Shown here piece by piece: positions 57,551-64,000 of a DNA stretch of 64,000 nucleotides. The stretch comes from Candidatus Pacearchaeota archaeon. Its GTDB lineage: Archaea > Nanobdellota > Nanobdellia > Pacearchaeales > UBA284. The notes under the pieces are model-generated. The model ran no database searches. It saw only the letters and a list, made by a program, of their open reading frames with translations, and was not told the origin of the DNA. The stretch lies in the NCBI GenBank assembly GCA_026016245.1, contig CP061211.1, positions 29,449 to 93,448 of the forward strand, read 5' to 3'. The position numbers were made by a program, and so were the translations under genes. The number at the start of each line of letters is the position of its first letter. Position 1 is the first letter of the stretch.

Positions 57551-57558
57551 TTTATAAA
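57551..57558 (+). promoter_or_regulatory. TATA box upstream of the tRNA-Lys-like gene
   Basis: tttataaa is centred about 27 nt upstream of 57582. Confidence 0.4.
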
Positions 57559-57581
57559 CAAATTTTCCTTCTTTTAGTAAT

Positions 57582-57690
57582 GGGTATATATCGAAGTCTG
57601 GCAGAGCACCTGGCTCTTAATAAGGGCATATCCCTTATCAACCCTAAAGGAGATACCAGGGTGTCGCGCGTTCGAATCGCGTCGGGCCCA
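57582..57690 (+). tRNA. tRNA-Lys(CUU)-like gene with a 35-nt intron at 37/38 and a degenerate 5' 13 nt
   Basis: The D loop through the 3' end is a perfect tRNA. It has AGTCTGGCA-GAGC, anticodon stem CCTGG/CCAGG, anticodon CTT at 57616-57618, T arm GCGCG-TTCGAAT-CGCGT, and 3' acceptor CGGGCCC plus A. The 5' 13 nt read GGGTATATATCGA, where GGGCCCGTAGCTC would be needed. Confidence 0.5.
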
Positions 57691-57697
57691 TAAAAAG

Positions 57698-58072
57698 ATG
57701 AAAAAGTATAATATTCTGAATGAAATTAATAAAGCAGTTGATTCTCATATATTGGTTATTGTTGAGGGCAAAAAAGACAAAAAAGCTCTTGAAAAGATTG
57801 GTTTTGAGAATATTTTTATTTTACATGGTAGACCTCTTTATGTTCAAATAGAAAAAATTTCTTCTGAGGTAAAAGAATGTATCATATTGACAGATTTTGA
57901 TAAAAAAGGCAAACAGTTGTATCATTGGCTAAAAAAAGAGCTTGTCAAGAATGGAGTTAGGATAAATGATAGATTAAGGAGAGTAATACTGGGAGAAAAG
58001 GTCAGCCATATTGAGGGCTTAGCGACTTTTATACAGAATCAGAATAGAAAAAAAGTCAGACTAATAGCTTGA
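57698..58072 (+). CDS. Small Toprim-domain protein (COG1658-like)
   Basis: ILVIVEGKKDKKAL...CIILTDFDKKG carries the Toprim E...DxD pattern. Confidence 0.55.
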   Translation: MKKYNILNEINKAVDSHILVIVEGKKDKKALEKIGFENIFILHGRPLYVQIEKISSEVKECIILTDFDKKGKQLYHWLKKELVKNGVRINDRLRRVILGEKVSHIEGLATFIQNQNRKKVRLIA

Positions 58073-58094
58073 TAAATCCTTTCTTTGTTTTTGT

Positions 58095-58361
58095 TTATTT
58101 TCTCTTTCTTTTGTGTTTCTTGTTGTTTGAGTTGATAAGTTTTAGACATTCATTACAGAGAAACATTCCTTCATGTTTTGATAGAATGTCAAAGCCGCCA
58201 CATTCCTCACATGTGCCTTCCTTGACCCATTTCTTCTCCATGAATTTAAGTTCCCTGAATTGCGCTTCTTTGAGTGCATCTGTGTCCTGCAAAAGATACC
58301 ATTCAGTGAATCTTGTCATTCCATTAGCCTCTTCATCTCGAATTAAATTTTTTCTTTTCAT
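58095..58361 (-). CDS. Small protein with a C-terminal Zn ribbon
   Basis: WVKEGTCEECGGFDILSKHEGMFLCNEC. Confidence 0.4.
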   Translation of the reverse strand: MKRKNLIRDEEANGMTRFTEWYLLQDTDALKEAQFRELKFMEKKWVKEGTCEECGGFDILSKHEGMFLCNECLKLINSNNKKHKRKRK

Positions 58362-58532
58362 TTTCCTTAGCCACAGGTATATAATAAAGAACCCATATAA
58401 ATACTTGAGCTATATAAAGTATATATGGTATATACCTCTAACAACTGCATGATAATAACATGAAAAAAACCATTATTTTTTAGAATATAAATATTTAAAA
58501 GCATATAGAGTATATATTTTCTACAAAGGCTA

Positions 58533-59495
58533 TTGGAAATGGAAACTAGAAAAATCATTAAATTTGGAAACTCATCTCACATAATTTCTATTCCAAAGTC
58601 CTGGATGAAAGAAAACAAACTAAAGAAAGGTGATGTAGTGTATCTAAAACAGAATTCTAATGGCGAACTTTTAGTATTACCAAAAGAAAGAAGTGATATT
58701 ATTTATAAAAAAGCTGTAATACATGCTACATCTAAAGATATGAAATTAATACAAAGAGAAATTCTTGCCGCATATATTAAAGGTTTCAATGTTTTGTCAG
58801 TAACTGCACCAAATATCAAGGAAAAAATTCCGGAAATAAAAAAGAATTTGAAACAATTCATTGGTATAGATATTATTGATAAAAATTCCAAAGAAATAGT
58901 TGCTGCCGATTTTCTTGATATTAACAATGTTTCAATTAAGAGCATAATCAGAAGAATAGATAATAATGTGAGAAGTATGTTTGAGGATCTTCAATTTTGT
59001 TTAGATAATCACAAAATCAATGAAAAAGAGTTTAATGAAATATACGAAACTGATGGTGATGTTAATAAATTCTACTTCCTTTTATGGAAATTAACAGTTT
59101 ATGGTCTTGAGAATCCCTCTATCTTGAATAAATGGGGTTTTAATTCAGTAGAGTTGACACATACTTGGTGGTTAGGTATGAATATGGAAAGAATTGGGGA
59201 TGAATTAAAAAGAATCGCCCGTGAATTAAAACACAAGAAATTTAATAGGACAACAATAAAAAAGATTTTAGAAATTTTTATAATCATTAAAAAAACTTAT
59301 CTTGATGTGATGCATTCCTATTACAAGAAAGATATCAAGCTTGCTTATAATGCATCTTCAAAAAAAGAAGATATTATGAAAAGAGGTGATTCTATTTCAG
59401 CTAATAATCTGAAGGTTGGAAAAATATGTGAGAAATTGAAATCAGCTCAAAGTTATATTCATAATATGGCTAAATGTACAATTTACTTTACTTAA
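58533..59495 (+). CDS. PhoU-family regulator with an N-terminal AbrB/SpoVT-like domain
   Basis: N-terminal KIIKFGNSSHIISIPKSW swapped-hairpin domain. Two PhoU-like helical repeats. Confidence 0.5.
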   Translation: MEMETRKIIKFGNSSHIISIPKSWMKENKLKKGDVVYLKQNSNGELLVLPKERSDIIYKKAVIHATSKDMKLIQREILAAYIKGFNVLSVTAPNIKEKIPEIKKNLKQFIGIDIIDKNSKEIVAADFLDINNVSIKSIIRRIDNNVRSMFEDLQFCLDNHKINEKEFNEIYETDGDVNKFYFLLWKLTVYGLENPSILNKWGFNSVELTHTWWLGMNMERIGDELKRIARELKHKKFNRTTIKKILEIFIIIKKTYLDVMHSYYKKDIKLAYNASSKKEDIMKRGDSISANNLKVGKICEKLKSAQSYIHNMAKCTIYFT

Positions 59496-59496
59496 A

Positions 59497-60795
59497 ATGT
59501 TGAAACCATCACCAAAGGAAAAAAGTTCGATGTTAGGAGTAGAAATGTCAAGAGAGGAACTAGAAGAACATCTCTCATCAATTCTCTCTAGATATCTTGC
59601 TGGAGTAAAGGTTGTTGGTGTAGATGTTGTTCCTATAGAGAGATCTATTTTCAATAGGAGACAGGGAAATAAAACCCTAACAAATAAGATTACTATTAAA
59701 GATTATACAGCATATCCCTCTCCTGGTTCTAATTTACATCTTCCTATGAATTTTATAATTAAAAAAGATAAAGACGAAGCACATTATGCTTTGAGAAGAA
59801 CAATATTAGATATATGCAACAAAGATCCACTTAGACCAGATAGATATAGTTCTTTTCTTGGTGCATGGGCAGGAACATTTCCTTATTGTTGGAGTGTAGG
59901 ATATGAACCTTTTGATAAATTAAAATTAACTCTTTCTACTTTTGTTTCTGAAAAATCACTCGATGAAAGGATGAAAGAGCTTGTATCAGGAATAAATAAT
60001 GGAAATTCAAAATTAATTGATGTTGAAATACTCAAGCAAGCAAATAATCCAAAAATAGTTATACATGAAAAATTATCTCTCTATGAAGGAGCAATAGTAA
60101 GAGATCTGAGAAGTAAAATAAGAGAACCTTCCTTAGAAGATTTAACTAAGATTTACATGAATTCCCTTGTGTTTTTATCTGGAAAAGATGCTAAAGGATG
60201 GCCTAAATCTTTGAAAAAAGAAACAGAAAAAGCTTTTAAAAATCTGGCCAAAAAATACTTAGCTGAAGATAACCTTAAAACCTTAGATCAGTTTGATGGC
60301 TATCCTTGGCATAATTTATTTGTATGTTTAGTAGATCCTGGAAGTGTAAAAAGGATTTCAAGAGGGATTGGTTTGGCTGCTCAGTGGTGTTTCCCAACTA
60401 TATTTAATTATTTCAAGAATCCAAAAACAACAATAAAAATTTTAACAGAAGATTATGTTAAAAAAAGAAAAAATTTTTTAGAAGAATTGCAAATAAAAGA
60501 TGCCCCAGAAATAAATCAGGAAGAATTGGAAAGAGCTATTTATTTTGGTGGTCTTTTTATAAATACTAGACATACTTCTGTAGTTGGGAATGGCTCTGAT
60601 GAAGACATAAAACCATATATAAATTCAATTAAGACATTATTCAAGATTTGTGAAAACATAGAATCAGGTAATACAAAAAAATTGAGAAAACCATATGAGG
60701 AATTTGGTTTATTTGAAAAAAAATCTCTTGTTGGAAAAGTTGCATCCACAGCAAAATTAACAGCAAAACAAGTAACTAGAGTAATGAATAGTTAA
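59497..60795 (+). CDS. Hypothetical protein
   Basis: 432-aa ORF. Translationally coupled to the PhoU-like gene (1-nt gap). Confidence 0.3.
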   Translation: MLKPSPKEKSSMLGVEMSREELEEHLSSILSRYLAGVKVVGVDVVPIERSIFNRRQGNKTLTNKITIKDYTAYPSPGSNLHLPMNFIIKKDKDEAHYALRRTILDICNKDPLRPDRYSSFLGAWAGTFPYCWSVGYEPFDKLKLTLSTFVSEKSLDERMKELVSGINNGNSKLIDVEILKQANNPKIVIHEKLSLYEGAIVRDLRSKIREPSLEDLTKIYMNSLVFLSGKDAKGWPKSLKKETEKAFKNLAKKYLAEDNLKTLDQFDGYPWHNLFVCLVDPGSVKRISRGIGLAAQWCFPTIFNYFKNPKTTIKILTEDYVKKRKNFLEELQIKDAPEINQEELERAIYFGGLFINTRHTSVVGNGSDEDIKPYINSIKTLFKICENIESGNTKKLRKPYEEFGLFEKKSLVGKVASTAKLTAKQVTRVMNS

Positions 60796-60796
60796 A

Positions 60797-61375
60797 TCAC
60801 TCTTCCCATTGTCCTGATTCTTTTCTCCTACAATTTGCGCAAAGATATCTGTTACCTATCTTATAAAGTAAATCAAAAACACCACATTCATGGCAAGGTC
60901 CCTCTCTCACCCAACGAAATTCATCCACTGCCCTGATACGCTTCCATTTCTCTTCTTCCTCCGCAATCTTAACATTCTGGAAAGCAATATCAAAAAGATC
61001 TGGCTGTATTTTCAGAATGTCCTTCTCTGTAAGAAAGCCAATAACCTTATGATTAACAAGAACAGGAAGCCATCTTACTCTTTTCTTTTTCATAGTCACA
61101 AGAGCATCAAAAATGTCCTTCCCAGGCTTGATTCCATGAACTTTCTTTGTCATTATCTTATTTACCTTGGTCTTTTTTTTATTGAGACTTTTGGCCATGG
61201 CCCTTACTAAATCACCTTCTGTAACTATTCCTTTCAACATTTGATCAGATCTGACAATAACAGAACCAACTCCCTTTTTAACCATAATTTTAGCACATTC
61301 AACCATAGTTATATCTGGCTTTATTGACACAAATTTCCTGGTCATGACATCACCTACTTTAATCCCGACTTTCAT
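60797..61375 (-). CDS. Tandem CBS-domain protein with a C-terminal Zn ribbon
   Basis: Two CBS motifs (GDVMTRKFVSI..., and a second CBS motif). C-terminal WVREGPCHECGVFDLLYKIGNRYLCANC. Confidence 0.6.
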   Translation of the reverse strand: MKVGIKVGDVMTRKFVSIKPDITMVECAKIMVKKGVGSVIVRSDQMLKGIVTEGDLVRAMAKSLNKKKTKVNKIMTKKVHGIKPGKDIFDALVTMKKKRVRWLPVLVNHKVIGFLTEKDILKIQPDLFDIAFQNVKIAEEEEKWKRIRAVDEFRWVREGPCHECGVFDLLYKIGNRYLCANCRRKESGQWEE

Positions 61376-61397
61376 AAACGCAGATAGTTATTTTGTT

Positions 61398-63203
61398 TTA
61401 AATAGTTTTTGTTAAGAAATCTTTTATTTCTGGAAGATGGGGAATTAGTATTTTACTCCAAGTTTCATAATTATATTCATAAGATATTTCTTTAAGTATA
61501 TCTATGGGGATAAAATCACTTTTTACAATAGAAGATTCTTTTGGTCTTACATTTCCATCTGTTTGGATAGCATAAATAAATCCAAAATGAACTCTATCTA
61601 CTGGTTTTTCACTTGCCATTAATGTTCCAACAAGAACTGGTTCTGATGATTGTTTTTCAAATTTTACTTCTTCTTCATGAACTTCACGTTTTACACAATT
61701 TAACAAATAGTCTGGCCTGTCAGATTCATTTATGTGACCTCCAACACCAATAGAATACTTACCAAAAAGTCTAGAATCTCCATATGCTTTTATATCCTTT
61801 GTTCTAACATAATAAAAAACTTCATCTTTATTATTATCTTTTCTAAAAATTAAAACATAAGGCACTATTTGTAATATCTCTTGATCTTCCTCACAATCAT
61901 ATCTTAATGAAAACATAGGAGCCGCTTGTACGAGTTTTTCCAAATTCTTTGCTTTGGTTGGAGTTATAATTTCAAAACCTTCTTTAGAGTCACGAAATTC
62001 AAGCAGTTCTCTTTTTGGTAAAGCTAATACTTTTCTGTTTAATTTTTTGTAGTCTTTCCCAAGTTTCGGGAAATCTACTTTTTTAAAATTATTTGATAGC
62101 CTAGGTCCTATTTGTCCATTATAACTAGAACCTTTGTCTTTTCCATAACATTTTTTTGGAGTTAAACCACGGAAAATCTGTAGTTCGCTTATAGCCATTC
62201 CATCTCTCAAAATCATTGGAGAAATTTCTTCAGATCTAACCTCAAAAACAGCACATCCATTAAAACCATTATCAAAAAAACCTGCAAAATGTAACGGCCC
62301 ATGTATGCCAACATGTGAATGGTCTTTTAATTCAGCGCTTAGGTTTGATGGAATTTTAATATATTCTTTTGAAGATAATAAATAACACTTTCCTGGTTTG
62401 ATTTCTACTGTGTTATTTTTCATGATTATAGGCTCAAAATATTCTTCAACATTATATCCCTCTTTTTCCTTAATATCTATGGGAATAGGGTTATTCCTTG
62501 CTTTAAATCCAACTATCCCAGAAGTTTGTTTTCCTGAAATATCTAAAGTTAATCTTAATCCATCATGAATTTGTGGATTTTTTATCTCTTTTAAAGAATC
62601 TTCCTCTATAGAGTAAAGTATAGGCTCTTTTTGATATTCTTTTTCTAGTTCTTTATCTGTTAATTTATTTTCATTTCCTATGAGAAATCTTAGTTGATTA
62701 AAAGTCATTCCTGGCTGTATTATTAAATTAAAAGCAAGAGGTTGTAAGAGCAGCCAGAGTTCTAATTTTTTATTGCTAACTGTAACTTCATCAAAACAAT
62801 CATGATAATCTGTGAGTAGCCTGTTTAAAATAAAAACTCTCCCTCTACTGCTTTTTGGAGAAGATTTGACTCTAAAATTCCCAGGTAGCATAAGTTTTTC
62901 TTCCAGAGGCAAGAGATAGCTATACCCTTTTTTTATTTCAAATTCTTTATCTATAGTATGTTTTTGACGTCTTTTGTTAGGAAGTTGTAATAAACTTCTA
63001 TAAACAGGCTCATAATTGCTTGGCCTAAAAAGACCACCACTTTCTGTATCAATAACATAAACTTCATCTCCTATCCTTGGTTCAAAAGAAGATGGTTGAA
63101 TTCTATTTTCTAAATCTTCATTTGAAGTAGAAATAATTTCTTCTTCCACAGCTTGTTTAATTTCAAAATCCACTAAACATCTAGAAGTTGATTTGTCTAA
63201 CAT
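61398..63203 (-). CDS. Fusion protein with dCTP-deaminase/dUTPase-fold domain(s) and a C-terminal NUDIX hydrolase
   Basis: AGFFDNGFNGCAVFEV resembles the DCD motif AGFIDPGFEGQITLEL. The C-terminal Nudix box is GGHINESDRPDYLLNCVKREVHEEE. Confidence 0.5.
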   Translation of the reverse strand: MLDKSTSRCLVDFEIKQAVEEEIISTSNEDLENRIQPSSFEPRIGDEVYVIDTESGGLFRPSNYEPVYRSLLQLPNKRRQKHTIDKEFEIKKGYSYLLPLEEKLMLPGNFRVKSSPKSSRGRVFILNRLLTDYHDCFDEVTVSNKKLELWLLLQPLAFNLIIQPGMTFNQLRFLIGNENKLTDKELEKEYQKEPILYSIEEDSLKEIKNPQIHDGLRLTLDISGKQTSGIVGFKARNNPIPIDIKEKEGYNVEEYFEPIIMKNNTVEIKPGKCYLLSSKEYIKIPSNLSAELKDHSHVGIHGPLHFAGFFDNGFNGCAVFEVRSEEISPMILRDGMAISELQIFRGLTPKKCYGKDKGSSYNGQIGPRLSNNFKKVDFPKLGKDYKKLNRKVLALPKRELLEFRDSKEGFEIITPTKAKNLEKLVQAAPMFSLRYDCEEDQEILQIVPYVLIFRKDNNKDEVFYYVRTKDIKAYGDSRLFGKYSIGVGGHINESDRPDYLLNCVKREVHEEEVKFEKQSSEPVLVGTLMASEKPVDRVHFGFIYAIQTDGNVRPKESSIVKSDFIPIDILKEISYEYNYETWSKILIPHLPEIKDFLTKTI

Positions 63204-63335
63204 TTTAATCCCAAACTGATTTATTTTAAATAGATTATGTGGGAATAAAATATATATTACAAAATTAGAGAAAACTTTTTAAATCTGCTAAGCAAGGGTT
63301 ATATAGGTTAAGGGTATAATTATATTTTTGAAAAA

Positions 63336-63623
63336 ATGGCTGAACAAAGAGTAAAAATTGAAGGAACAAATGATTTAGATGTTAGTTATGCTTTAGCTTA
63401 TCTAGCTGGTTTCCGAAAAGGCACTCTTGTAACACCTAGATATCCCGGTAAACAAGGATATAGAGAAGTTATGGTGTTTCATAAAGATACAATTGCAAAA
63501 GATCCAGATTTATTCCTACTTACACAATCTCCTGATATAGTGGTAAGTGCTTTGCTTAATAGTGAATATTTAATAGATTTTAAGAAAGAAAAAGTTGATC
63601 CAGCTTTGAAGAAATTAGATTAG
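63336..63623 (+). CDS. Hypothetical small protein
   Basis: 95-aa ORF upstream of the thermosome gene. Confidence 0.3.
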   Translation: MAEQRVKIEGTNDLDVSYALAYLAGFRKGTLVTPRYPGKQGYREVMVFHKDTIAKDPDLFLLTQSPDIVVSALLNSEYLIDFKKEKVDPALKKLD

Positions 63624-63641
63624 CTTGTTCCCAAAAATAAA

Positions 63642-64000
63642 ATGGCTGAAAAACAACCAATATATGTATTGCCTGAAAACATCCAAAGAATGATAGGTAG
63701 AGATGCTCAGAGAAACAATATTTTGGCAGCTAGGCTTGTAGCAGATGCAATAAAAACCACACTAGGACCTAAAGGAATGGACAAGATGTTAGTAGATAGT
63801 ATAGGTGATATTACAGTTACAAATGATGGTGTTACTATTTTGGATGAGATGGAGATTGAACATCCTGCTGCAAAGATGATGGTTGAAATTGCAAAAACTC
63901 AAGAAGATGAGGTAGGAGACGGAACTACAACAGCTGTAATTATCGCAGGAAAACTTCTTGAAAATGCTGAAAAACTTTTAGATGAGAAGATACATCCTAC
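63642..64000 (+). CDS. ths: Thermosome (group II chaperonin) subunit, 3'-truncated at the window edge
   Basis: [37 protein letters not shown]...TNDGVTIL...[10 protein letters not shown]. Confidence 0.85.
   Translation, partial: MAEKQPIYVLPENIQRMIGRDAQRNNILAARLVADAIKTTLGPKGMDKMLVDSIGDITVTNDGVTILDEMEIEHPAAKMMVEIAKTQEDEVGDGTTTAVIIAGKLLENAEKLLDEKIHP

Noticed and set aside
58069-58452. 127-aa plus-strand ORF
   Set aside because: Antisense to the Zn-ribbon gene 58095-58361 and extending into an AT-rich intergenic region.

Overview
This is an AT-rich (about 30% GC) archaeal chromosomal segment, most likely from a small-genome DPANN-type archaeon. The archaeal assignment rests on several recognisable genes: the L7Ae-S28e-L24e ribosomal operon, uS12-uS7-aEF-2, aIF-2beta, aIF-1A, TFS, RpoL, a thermosome, tRNA genes with introns, and Kae1. 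Genes are densely packed, often overlapping by 1-25 nt, and several starts are preceded by GGAGG-like Shine-Dalgarno motifs. The first 12 kb is an island of giant secreted or membrane-anchored surface proteins (Cys-rich, Big_2/PKD domains, many N-x-S/T sequons). Housekeeping genes follow: argS, ileS, a radical-SAM methylthiotransferase, rpoL and a hidden eL41 gene. Next come a glycosylation cluster (GT2 Dol-P-sugar synthase-like, GT-C, GH3) and a type-IV-pilus-like ATPase with a split platform protein. An apparently acquired bacterial-type segment lies between Kae1 and the primase operon: a disrupted Fic gene, a PAS-GGDEF diguanylate cyclase and a stand-alone receiver domain, followed by an unannotated 50-aa basic ORF. 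Other notable features are an overlapping AEP-primase-like, metallophosphoesterase and minimal HExxH metalloprotease operon, a tRNA-Lys-like gene whose 5' 13 nt are degenerate, a dCTP-deaminase-fold/NUDIX fusion, and a 42-bp perfect tandem repeat inside a SEC-C-motif protein. No CRISPR array, transposase or integrase was found. All calls come from reading motifs in the supplied translations and sequence; no database search was possible.
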